Shown: in pieces, positions 51,781-60,349 of the stretch
Layout of the letters: each line of letters opens with the position of its first letter
Position numbering within the stretch: position 1 is the first letter of the stretch
Source of the DNA: Candidatus Saccharimonadales bacterium
GTDB taxonomy: Bacteria; Patescibacteriota; Saccharimonadia; Saccharimonadales; EFPC-124
Assembly (NCBI GenBank): GCA_050730875.1
Contig: JBOHNX010000001.1
Location: 77,827 to 141,826 of the forward strand
DNA: 64,000 nucleotides
Direction: 5' to 3'
Made by a program: the position numbers and the translations under genes
The notes under the pieces: generated by a model
Database searches by the model: none
Told to the model about the DNA's origin: nothing
The model's input: only the letters and a program-made list of their open reading frames with translations

Positions 51781-52023
51781 TTGAAGTCGCCTAAACTCGT
51801 CACGGTCTACGTTAAAACCGGAAGCTCACGAGCGTTGGTTTTGCCGTTTGATACTAATGAAACAAATAATGAACTGGCAGTTTATGTGCATGAGCGCCCA
51901 GTGGGTGGTAAAGCGAACGAGGCAGTCATTAAAGCTTTATCGCAATACTTTGGCGTGGCCAAGTCGCGTGTAAAAATTGTGCGTGGCGAAACTTCGCGAG
52001 TCAAGTTGGTTAGCGTAGAATAG
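51781..52023 (+). CDS. DUF167 (YggU-like) small protein
   Basis: VHERPVGGKANEAVIKALSQYFGVAKSRVKIVRGETSRVK. TTG start 7 nt after GAGGGG. Confidence 0.75.
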   Translation: MKSPKLVTVYVKTGSSRALVLPFDTNETNNELAVYVHERPVGGKANEAVIKALSQYFGVAKSRVKIVRGETSRVKLVSVE

Positions 52024-52059
52024 AGGTAGGGCTAGTGCCTTAAACAAGGAGACGCAAAA

Positions 52060-52572
52060 ATGCCATCATTTTTTGAAGCTATGAAACGTATTGTTACCGG
52101 TAAGCCGGTATTTGATATGCAAAATCAACCAACACAAGTGCCGGCGCCTGCTCCGGTTCCAGTACCAAGTGCGCCAACCGCACCGCGCGGACCGAAGGTT
52201 TTGCCGCAGGTAAGTATTGAACAAGTGCGCTGCACGGTGAATGGTGCGAACATGGAATGCGAATGCGATATCCGCAATAACTCTGATCGCCGCGTGCTGA
52301 TGGATAATATCAATTTCCTGGGCAAAAATGTTGAGCTGGAGCGCTACGGAATGTATTTAAATCCGGGCGAAAAACGGGAATATCCGGTATATTCTGGTCC
52401 GCGACCGACAAATACTTATGCCAAAGAAGTTACGCTGCGGTACCGCGAAGAGAGCGAGCAAAACCGCGGTGATTATTTTGCTACCAAACACAATTTAGAA
52501 TTCCGAAAAGAAGCTGACGGCACCTACACCGTGTCGCGGATTTACTTCATACCTCCTGTAAGAGACGTGTAG
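52060..52572 (+). CDS. Hypothetical protein (170 aa) with Pro-rich linker
   Basis: Good SD AAGGAG 8 nt upstream. PAPAPVPVPSAPTAP linker, then a beta-rich domain. No motif recognised. Confidence 0.55.
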   Translation: MPSFFEAMKRIVTGKPVFDMQNQPTQVPAPAPVPVPSAPTAPRGPKVLPQVSIEQVRCTVNGANMECECDIRNNSDRRVLMDNINFLGKNVELERYGMYLNPGEKREYPVYSGPRPTNTYAKEVTLRYREESEQNRGDYFATKHNLEFRKEADGTYTVSRIYFIPPVRDV

Positions 52573-53434
52573 TAAACAGGTATTCTTCGAGCAGTGCCTC
52601 GCGTGCGCTATCGTGCAGGAAGAATGTTTCTTGGTCGCCCAGGGCGTGAGTGAACTGGTTTGCAAAACCGCCTGGTGTTAATGCTTGTACGCGGTGGGCG
52701 AGTCGAGCAACGGCGACGTACAGCTGATGTTGCAGAGCGTCAGGGTTCTGTGGCGGTTGGGCAAGGTCGAGCGCACGCTGAAAAGCGGCGGCCACCTCTA
52801 AAAACTGTTGGCTTGCGCCAAGCAGAGTATCGAGCGCATCGTCGATTGCTTGCATGCGGTATGGGTTGTTGGGCGCAAACGTATGCACGTCGATGTCGCG
52901 CTGCCGCAGAAAGCGCACTACCTCCTGCCATTTTTTGAACGCCGCGGCCTCTAGCTGGCTTTTTGGCGAAAGCCCAAGCTTGCTTAATGCGACGCCAGTA
53001 TCATAGTTAATACACAATCCGGCGTCTGGCGCGTGCGAGAGAACACGTCTGAAGGCTTCGGGCTGAGCGGGCGCGGTAAGGTAAATGCTGTAGCAATGGT
53101 CCGGGAGTGTATTGACGTGCGAGGGCGCAACAAAATAGACTTGTGCTCCCCGCAGCTCACTCGGTAATTTAGAAGTGAACTTCGCCTGTTGCATATGCAT
53201 AATGTCGCGCGTGAGGCGCAAAATCTCTTCGGCGTTAAGCGTGCTAGCGCGCTGCTTTTGTGCGCCACGCATTAACCTAAACCAGTACTTGCGGACAACG
53301 CTCATAAAAATAACTGGGTTCGCGCAGACGACAACCGCAGTACCAAGGTACTGGCGGCTTTGCAAATGCTTGGCAAGATCTGCCGCAATACCCGCGTGGT
53401 CGTTTACAATACGAAGTTCATAATAATGTGCCAC
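52547..53434 (-). CDS. Hypothetical protein (295 aa), co-oriented 10 nt downstream of radC
   Basis: Long ORF with protein-like composition. No motif recognised. Its 3' end overlaps the convergent 52060..52572 gene by 26 nt. Confidence 0.55.
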   Translation of the reverse strand: MAHYYELRIVNDHAGIAADLAKHLQSRQYLGTAVVVCANPVIFMSVVRKYWFRLMRGAQKQRASTLNAEEILRLTRDIMHMQQAKFTSKLPSELRGAQVYFVAPSHVNTLPDHCYSIYLTAPAQPEAFRRVLSHAPDAGLCINYDTGVALSKLGLSPKSQLEAAAFKKWQEVVRFLRQRDIDVHTFAPNNPYRMQAIDDALDTLLGASQQFLEVAAAFQRALDLAQPPQNPDALQHQLYVAVARLAHRVQALTPGGFANQFTHALGDQETFFLHDSAREALLEEYLFTTRLLQEV

Positions 53435-53443
53435 CGATGCCTC

Positions 53444-54112
53444 CTAAAGCATATGATTTTGCCTAAAACTAAACTGTCCCGTTTTTGTCACAATAAAATG
53501 GTCGCGAAGGGGAATGCCGAGGAGCTGCCCAGCGGCGGCGAGTTGCTGGGTAAGCGTAATATCTTTGTCGCTAGGCTGGAGTTCACCGGAGGGATGATTA
53601 TGCGCCACGATAATACTGGCAGCACGGTCGACAATGGGGTCTGAGAATACTTCGCGCGGGTGGGCTAAAACGGTATCGAGCGTGCCAATGGTGACGGTGC
53701 GCTGGGCGATTAACCGTTGGCCGCCATCGAGTGATAGGCACACAAAATATTCTTGCTGCTTATTTCGGATATCAACCAAACGCGCCAGAATTTCTTCTTG
53801 CGTGCGGAGTGGGGAAGCATCGCGCACCAAATGGCGTTTGGTAAGTTCGAGCGAAGCTAAAATTTTGGTAGCATGCGCAGTGCTAACACCTTGCAGTGAC
53901 GTGAGTGATTCTAAACTGATATTTTGTACGCCCGAACGCAGCAGCTTTTGAACTTGCCTGGCAATAGCGCCAACATCTGCCTGCGCCGTGCCGCTGCCAA
54001 TCATCACTTGTAGAAGCTCGAAGTCCGACAACGCGTGCGCGCCTTTGCGCTGCAGTTTTTCACGCGGTCTATCCAGCTCTGGTATCTGATGAATACGCTT
54101 GTGTCTACCCAT
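53444..54112 (-). CDS. radC: RadC-like JAB-domain protein (UPF0758)
   Basis: Internal ATG 54112. RPREKLQRKGAHALSDFELLQVMIGSG (HhH part) and IIVAHNHPSGELQPSDKDITLT (JAMM motif). Confidence 0.85.
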   Translation of the reverse strand: MGRHKRIHQIPELDRPREKLQRKGAHALSDFELLQVMIGSGTAQADVGAIARQVQKLLRSGVQNISLESLTSLQGVSTAHATKILASLELTKRHLVRDASPLRTQEEILARLVDIRNKQQEYFVCLSLDGGQRLIAQRTVTIGTLDTVLAHPREVFSDPIVDRAASIIVAHNHPSGELQPSDKDITLTQQLAAAGQLLGIPLRDHFIVTKTGQFSFRQNHML

Positions 54113-54181
54113 GTCGGAAAGAGCGTAGCACACTTTGGGTAGATGTGAACAGACTAAACTAATACATAGTACAATAGAAGC

Positions 54182-54820
54182 ATGAAGGTAACCCGCTTGC
54201 CGCAGTCATGCCTACTGCTTGAAAAAGAGGGAAAGTCGATTGTCATTGATCCAGGCGATGACTTTTTAAAATCGCATTCGGTTGATGAAATTAAAAACGT
54301 ACTGGCGGTGCTCTACACGCACCAACACGCCGACCACTACGAACCGGCAATTGCCGCAGCATTAATCGAAGCGGGTGTGGCGGTGTATGCGAATGGTTCC
54401 ACGGCGCGACTTATTGGCGACGAAAAGTGCAATATCGTAAATAGTACAGATGCGTTTAATGTCGGGCAATTCGAAATTGTCAGCTATGAAATCCCACACT
54501 GCTTGCTGCCAAACGGTGAGCCGGGTCCGCAGAACACAGGCTACGTGATTGATGGCGCCCTGTTCCATCCAGGCGACGGTAAAGATTTAGACGAACTTGA
54601 GTTACAGGTAGATAACCTAGCATTGCCAATAACCGGTCCAGACATCAGCATGCTTGATGCTTGTAATTTTACCAAACAAGTCGGCGCAAAAGTGGCCATC
54701 CCGATTCACTACGATAAATATGGCGCTAAACCCGAAGCGTATAAGCACATGGCCGAGCGCCTGAAAATGCCGTTTACAATTCATATTCTCGCCGACGGCG
54801 AATCGACTCAAATTAAGTAA
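54182..54820 (+). CDS. MBL-fold metallo-hydrolase
   Basis: VLYTHQHADHY (HxHxDH), a downstream His/Asp ligand pattern, and PIHYDKY. TACAAT (54170-75) ends 6 nt before the ATG. Confidence 0.8.
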   Translation: MKVTRLPQSCLLLEKEGKSIVIDPGDDFLKSHSVDEIKNVLAVLYTHQHADHYEPAIAAALIEAGVAVYANGSTARLIGDEKCNIVNSTDAFNVGQFEIVSYEIPHCLLPNGEPGPQNTGYVIDGALFHPGDGKDLDELELQVDNLALPITGPDISMLDACNFTKQVGAKVAIPIHYDKYGAKPEAYKHMAERLKMPFTIHILADGESTQIK

Positions 54821-54871
54821 CACCGTAAAGCTTCTCTTGTATTTTTGCGCCCAAAGTTGCAACATAAGCGC

Positions 54872-55498
54872 ATGAAGGCTGAGCAGGCGCACGAGTACCT
54901 GTTCGGTGGGGAACGGCAGCGCAAAGAGTTATTTAATAAGCTTATTGCGGCTGCCTTCCATCTCTGCGAAGATTTTGCGAAGGGCAAAGAAGATAATTTT
55001 GAAATAACCCATTCGCATGAATCTGAAAATGGCGTAGAAGCTGCCACAGCTTTTCGAGCAAAGCGTCTTTTTGCGCTCAATAAAGAATTTCTTGGCTACA
55101 TATTCGAACTTGAGTTAAGTAAAGAGGAAATAGCATGTAAATTACCACCAGCTATGGTGTCTGAGCTTGTTGCGGATGGGAACGCGATTATGTACGAGCT
55201 TGAAGACGGTACCACGAATCGTTCTGAATATACTCAATTTAGTATTGCAAACCCTAAAGGGTTTATCTCCTGCGAGATTATTGAGAAAAGCATCTACTTC
55301 GTAGACAACGAAATGGTAGGCATGATAAAGAATGAAAGACTCCTCGACTCGCTGTCGGCTGCGCAAGATCCGCAGCTTGAAGCGTTTTATGAACTAATTG
55401 CGAGCGATCCTGCATTACGCCAACTAGATGAATTGACCTCACGACAAACCGCCAGACGTCTCGGAAAAATTCTAAGGACACTGGGCGTAAAGGCATGA
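54872..55498 (+). CDS. Hypothetical protein
   Basis: Track ORF from TTG 54845; ATG 54872 (MKAEQAHEYLF) is equally possible. Acidic soluble protein with no motif recognised. Confidence 0.5.
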   Translation: MKAEQAHEYLFGGERQRKELFNKLIAAAFHLCEDFAKGKEDNFEITHSHESENGVEAATAFRAKRLFALNKEFLGYIFELELSKEEIACKLPPAMVSELVADGNAIMYELEDGTTNRSEYTQFSIANPKGFISCEIIEKSIYFVDNEMVGMIKNERLLDSLSAAQDPQLEAFYELIASDPALRQLDELTSRQTARRLGKILRTLGVKA

Positions 55499-55661
55499 TA
55501 CGTGCTTATGATTGGATTTTATTAAACCGCACAGCACAATAAATCTCCCCATGGAAGCTCAGATATATCCGGAGCAGCTAGCAGATAAATATACTTGGAG
55601 GTTTACCGCTGCGTCATTCTGGTGACAAAAAATGATGCGAGCTTCGGTATAATGAAGCCAT

Positions 55662-56924
55662 ATGAAGGAACGCACACAACTGCCTCTTAAATTTCCGAAA
55701 CGATTTTTCTGGGGTGCGGCGAGCGCTGCGCACCAGGTAGAAGGCGGCAACCACAACCAGTGGTCAGTGTGGGAGCTGGAAAACGCCAAAGTGCTGGCCG
55801 AAACTGCCAAATACCAAGCTAACTACTTACCCACATGGGATGAGATAAAACCTGAAGCAACCGACCCAAATAACTATATCTCTGGCAAAGCCACAAATCA
55901 TTACAAGCTGTACGAACAAGATTTTGCACTGCTGAAAAAACTCAACATGAATGCCTGGCGCTTTAGCATTGAGTGGTCGCGCATCGAACCCGAAGAGGGA
56001 AGTTGGGATGCGGGGGCAATCGAGCACTACCGCACGTATCTACGACGCCTGAAAGAACTTAATATCGAACCCATTGTCACACTTTGGCACTGGACCGTGC
56101 CGGTTTGGTTCGAAGAGAAAGGTGGTTTTACCAAGCGCGCCAACATTAAGTACTTTGTGCGATTTGTCGAGCGAGTGTTTGAAGAACTCGGCCGCGATTT
56201 TCGCTACGTTATAACGCTCAACGAGCCAGAAGTGTATGTAGCCAAAAGCTTCTTTGTCGCTGAGTGGCCGCCGCAAGTCCGCAACAACTGGCAGGGCTTT
56301 TGGGTGCTGATGAATCTTTTAAGCGCGCATAAAAAAATCTACCGGGTAGCCAAAAATTCTGGCCGCAAGTACAAGGTGAGCATTGCCAAGAACAGTGCCT
56401 ATCATTACGCTGGGGACGACGCCAAACTCTCGCAGTGGACAGCGCAAATTATGAAGTGGGCGAGCGATTACTTTATTCTCAACCGCATTAAACGCCACCT
56501 GGACTTTATTGGCCTTAATTATTATTTTTCGAACCGCTACTACGGCTACCGCATGCATAACCCTGAAGATCTAGTGAGTGATGTGGGTTGGAGTATGCGC
56601 CCGGCCGATATCGAGTTTATCTTAAAAGAACTTTCAGATCGCTACGAGCTGCCAATTATCATCACCGAAAATGGCTTGGCGGACCGCGACGACGAATATC
56701 GCAAATGGTGGCTCATGCAAACGCTGGCCGCTATGCACCGCGCCTTGCAAGGTGGAGTTAAACTAGAAGGCTACTTACACTGGAGTCTAACCGACAACTT
56801 TGAATGGTCGAGCGGCTTTTGGCCCAGGTTTGGGCTGGCCGAGGTTGATTACACAACCTCCAAACGCAAGCTGCGCCCCAGCGCGGTATGGTTTGGCTCA
56901 ATCATTAAAAAGTTGGGGTCTTAG
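55662..56924 (+). CDS. Glycoside hydrolase family 1 (beta-glucosidase-like)
   Basis: FPKRFFWGAASAAHQVEGG, acid/base TLNEP, nucleophile ITENG, and WSLTDNFEW. Confidence 0.9.
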   Translation: MKERTQLPLKFPKRFFWGAASAAHQVEGGNHNQWSVWELENAKVLAETAKYQANYLPTWDEIKPEATDPNNYISGKATNHYKLYEQDFALLKKLNMNAWRFSIEWSRIEPEEGSWDAGAIEHYRTYLRRLKELNIEPIVTLWHWTVPVWFEEKGGFTKRANIKYFVRFVERVFEELGRDFRYVITLNEPEVYVAKSFFVAEWPPQVRNNWQGFWVLMNLLSAHKKIYRVAKNSGRKYKVSIAKNSAYHYAGDDAKLSQWTAQIMKWASDYFILNRIKRHLDFIGLNYYFSNRYYGYRMHNPEDLVSDVGWSMRPADIEFILKELSDRYELPIIITENGLADRDDEYRKWWLMQTLAAMHRALQGGVKLEGYLHWSLTDNFEWSSGFWPRFGLAEVDYTTSKRKLRPSAVWFGSIIKKLGS

Positions 56925-56928
56925 ATTC

Positions 56929-57930
56929 ATGGAAAAAATTGGTGCGAAGATTGTCGTGATTGGTGGCGGCACCGGTAGCTTCATGCTGCTGGATGCGCTC
57001 AAACATTATTGCAGCAACATTACGGCACTTGTGAACATGGCCGACGACGGTGGCTCGACAGGCGTTTTGCGCGATGAGCTAGGGGTGTTGCCACCGGGTG
57101 ACATTCGCCAGTGCTTAGTGGCTTTGTCCCGCTCGTCAGAGCGTATGCGCGAGCTCTTTAACTTTCGTTTTGCTAAAGGTACATTTGCTGGCCACTCGTT
57201 TGGTAATTTGTTTTTAACCGCTGTTGAGAAGATGACCGATAATTTTGCAGATTCGGTAGACCTCGCCAGTGAGGTGCTGAACATCACCGGCCAAGTTGTA
57301 CCAATCACGCTCGACAAAGTCACGCTGGTAATGGAGCAAAGTGATGGCAAGGTTACCCGCGGCGAATTTAAAATTGGGCACTTAAACTTTGGCCGACATA
57401 CTCGGCCAAAAATTAGGCTTGAACCAAAAGCGTCGCTCACGCCAAAAGCGAAAGAGGCGTTGCTAAAAGCCGACTTGATTGTGATTGCGCCCGGCAATAT
57501 CTACGGATCACTCGCACCGGCCTTGGTTGTCGGTGGCGTCAGCGAAGCGGTGGCGGCATCCAACGCCAAAAAAGTGTATGTGTGTAATTTGATGACTCAA
57601 CCTGGTCAAACGGATGGTTTTAAAGTGCATGACTTCGCAGCCGAGATAGAGCGATTTCTAGGGCAACCGCTGGATTACGTTTTGTATAACAATGCCAAGC
57701 CAAATAAAGCGCTCATGCAGCGTTACGCAAAAGAAGGGGAATATTGGGTCGGAGCTGACGAGTCTAAGCTTAAAAAAGCACACTACGAAGCGATAGGCGC
57801 CCATTTTGTATCGGGCGAGCCATGGCGGCCAGACGATGCAAAAGCGGATCCGATTGCCCATTCCCGAACTCTTATTCGTCATGATGCCGATAAAGCGGCG
57901 CGAACATTAATGAAGATCTATTTTAACTAA
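56929..57930 (+). CDS. yvcK: YvcK/CofD-family (UPF0052) gluconeogenesis-morphogenesis factor
   Basis: Internal ATG 56929. KIVVIGGGTGSFMLLDALK, ALVNMADDGGSTGVLR, and PGDIRQCLVAL. Confidence 0.85.
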   Translation: MEKIGAKIVVIGGGTGSFMLLDALKHYCSNITALVNMADDGGSTGVLRDELGVLPPGDIRQCLVALSRSSERMRELFNFRFAKGTFAGHSFGNLFLTAVEKMTDNFADSVDLASEVLNITGQVVPITLDKVTLVMEQSDGKVTRGEFKIGHLNFGRHTRPKIRLEPKASLTPKAKEALLKADLIVIAPGNIYGSLAPALVVGGVSEAVAASNAKKVYVCNLMTQPGQTDGFKVHDFAAEIERFLGQPLDYVLYNNAKPNKALMQRYAKEGEYWVGADESKLKKAHYEAIGAHFVSGEPWRPDDAKADPIAHSRTLIRHDADKAARTLMKIYFN

Positions 57931-58532
57931 TGAATGACCTTTTAAAACGCGAATGGTATCTTGACCTTGACCGTACGCTATTCGACACAGAGCGGTTCGT
58001 GCTAGAACTATTTAAAGTAGCCGGGAGAATTTATCGCGAGAAGGGCGTTCGGCGCATGCGGCTTCTAACGGACCTGCCGCACCAGATACGGTATGTGGGT
58101 GATCTAAGCTACTATCCTTTTTTTGATCATCTTGCAGAATACGGAGTCGATACACAGGAAGCTAAGAAGCTTTTATATGAAGCGCTAAAGGACAATGATT
58201 TTTTATATAAAGATGCGCACGAGTTGTTGGATTGGTTGGAATCGCACGGTATACAGCCACACATCTTAACCTTTGGCGACAAAGATTACCAAAGCTTTAA
58301 GATTTCGCTAGCGCCACGCTTGCAAAACCTGCCAGTAACAATTGTCCAGGAATCGAAAGGTGCTTTTTTGGCTCGCCAAGCCTGCGAATCGGCCATCCTG
58401 GTGGATGACAAGCTGGTTACAGATTTGCCTGAATGGTGCACCGGTGCGCTGTTAACTCGCAAAAAATCTGTCGCCGGGTATAATGGACTGGTCATTAAAA
58501 ACCTGAATGATCTAATGAGGTTTGTTGAGTGA
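57930..58532 (+). CDS. HAD-superfamily hydrolase-like protein
   Basis: Motif I-like YLDLDRTLFDT. Start overlaps the yvcK stop (TAATG) and stop overlaps the next start (GTGA). Confidence 0.65.
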   Translation: MNDLLKREWYLDLDRTLFDTERFVLELFKVAGRIYREKGVRRMRLLTDLPHQIRYVGDLSYYPFFDHLAEYGVDTQEAKKLLYEALKDNDFLYKDAHELLDWLESHGIQPHILTFGDKDYQSFKISLAPRLQNLPVTIVQESKGAFLARQACESAILVDDKLVTDLPEWCTGALLTRKKSVAGYNGLVIKNLNDLMRFVE

Positions 58533-59348
58533 ACATTTCGAAAGCATTTATTCCGATGGCGGGCTACGGCACGCGCCGTCTGCCGGTTACCAAAGCGCTA
58601 GAAAAATGTATGCTGCCAATCGGTAATCGACCAATTGTCGACTACGTAGTAGGAGACTGCTTAAAAGCGGGCGTTACCGACATTATTTTTGTGGTTGGCG
58701 AGCAGTTTAACCAGTTGCAAACGTACTATGGCCGCAATATGTTGCTCGAGGAATACTTGAAAGACAAGGGTAAAACCAAAGAGCTTGAGGAAATCATAGA
58801 CCTGTCCGAAAAGGCAACATTCCACTATGTAGTGCAAGACCAGCATCAACCATATGGCACGGCGGTGCCAGTGGCGCTTTGCGCTGACTTGGTGAACGAT
58901 GATGAACAGGTTGGTGCTCATGGGCGACGACTTTATTTACAATGCCGACGGTAGCTCTGAGGCGAAGCATCATATCGAGGCGACAGAACGCGCTGGTGGT
59001 ACTTGCGGTATGTTGGTTACCGAAGTTCCGCGTGAGCGTGTGAATCAGTATGGCGTGTTGGAGCTTGAGGACGGTTTCTTTAAGAGTATTGTTGAGAAGC
59101 CAGAGCCGTCTAAAGCGCCGAGCAACCTAATTAATATCAGCAAGTATATTTTTGATAAGACTATTTTTAGGTTAGCTGAAGAATTGGTGGCGCAGCCACG
59201 AAATGGTGAGTACCACATTACCGATGTGCTTAATACCTACGTGAGCCATGGCAATAAGATTGCGGTTGTGCCGGCGCGAGGTGAATACCTTGATGGCGGT
59301 ACGCTTGAGGGGTGGTTGCAGGCGAATAATCGGGTAGTAGGGTTGTGA
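58529..59348 (+). pseudogene. galU: UTP--glucose-1-phosphate uridylyltransferase-like (GalU/GtaB), frame broken near 58905-58912
   Basis: Frame 1 reads AFIPMAGYGTRRLPVTKALEKCMLPI...YVVQDQHQPYGTAVPV...LVNDDEQ. The conserved continuation (R)LVLMGDDFIY...GVLELEDG...VEKPEPSKAPSNLINISKYIF lies in the +1 frame (track ORFs 58529..58954 and 58899..59348). Confidence 0.75.
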
Positions 59349-59364
59349 TCTTGGCTGCTGCTTT

Positions 59365-59482
59365 TCGCCATATTCTCTAACAGAGCAAATGTGCCCGCTC
59401 CTCCACAACACTCAAAAGCCCTGAGGTACAGGGTTTCGAGTGTTGCTCCAGAGCTACGATCCTCTGTTAGAGAATATGGCGA
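59365..59482. repeat. 118-nt long hairpin with 20-21 bp perfect closing stem
   Basis: CGCCATATTCTCTAACAGAG (59366-85) pairs with CTCTGTTAGAGAATATGGCG (59462-81), plus a T-A extension. The inner stem is CAACACTC..CCCTG-AGGTA-CAGGG..GAGTGTTG (59406-45). The loops between the stems are asymmetric. Confidence 0.65.
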
Positions 59483-59548
59483 GCGCAGCTCATCGTCAGT
59501 AATGCGAAGATAGTTATTTTTCCCCAGAATTGTGGAAAAATGCAAGAA

Positions 59549-59628
59549 GTGGGTGATATTGCAATAAAAAGACTTGTCAGTGGGTAGCTGTGGGTAGTAG
59601 ACTGATGTCAGTGGGTAGTGATGGGTAA
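59549..59628 (+). promoter_or_regulatory. Phased GTGGGTAG repeat array (putative MraZ operator) overlapping a candidate mraZ promoter
   Basis: GTGGGTG at 59549. GTGGGTAG at 59580, 59590 and 59611. ATGGGTAA at 59621. Spacings are 31, 10, 21 and 10 nt. Candidate -35 TTGTCA (59574-79) and -10 TAGACT (59598-603). Confidence 0.6.
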
Positions 59629-59673
59629 GCCATCACCAAGAACAAACACCACAGTTAAAAATTCACAAACCAA

Positions 59674-60033
59674 ATGGCCACAGTAGACTACTTTGAGCGC
59701 AAGCTGGACGACAAGCGGCGGCTGACGATTCCAGCCGAGCTTCGTGACGAGTTTGCGAGCGGGGTAGTCATAACACGCGGCTTCCAGAAGTATCTCCACG
59801 TATACCCAAAACAGGTGTGGGATGAACTAATGGAGCCAGCATTGAGTGGCGACATCTTGGACGAGCGAGTAGCGGATTTAAACGTGCAATTCCGCACGGG
59901 TAAAACCGAAGCTGAGCTTGATGCCAAGCAAGGTCGAGTTAGTATCGAACAGCATCTGCTTGACTTCGCGGGCATTAGCCGCGATCTTGTAGCAGTTCGT
60001 GTTGGTCGTTACTGGCGACTCATGGCCAAATAG
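59674..60033 (+). CDS. mraZ: Division/cell-wall cluster transcriptional regulator MraZ (short form)
   Basis: Two SpoVT-AbrB-like half-motifs: LDDKRRLTIPAELRDEF and LDAKQGRVSIEQHLLDFAGI. Confidence 0.9.
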   Translation: MATVDYFERKLDDKRRLTIPAELRDEFASGVVITRGFQKYLHVYPKQVWDELMEPALSGDILDERVADLNVQFRTGKTEAELDAKQGRVSIEQHLLDFAGISRDLVAVRVGRYWRLMAK

Positions 60034-60349
60034 GGAGCTCTTTAACAATTTGACGACACCCGCTAGGTAGTAAAACGGCAAATGGTCACGTATCATACCA
60101 GATACGGGCGAGGTCAGCTACTTGGCAGTCAGTGGGTGGGCTGAGGGCATCCACCTAGTAAGCCCTTGCACCTTTCCCCTCCAAAAACACCTCCCAAAAA
60201 ACTCCACCTCACATAAGTCTCTCACTTTTAATGGATCTTTTAAGAAGTTTCTTTTACGAAACGTCTCACCACAACAACTCCATTAACTACAAAAACAAAA
60301 ACGATTCTTGAAAAAACAAAAACACTGGCTGTCAAATAGGTGACCTCGA

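Noticed and set aside
59237-59545. Minus-strand 102-aa ORF across the galU end and the 59365 hairpin
   Set aside because: It overlaps a conserved coding region in antisense and spans a perfect palindrome, which automatically creates mirrored ORFs. It has no start context.
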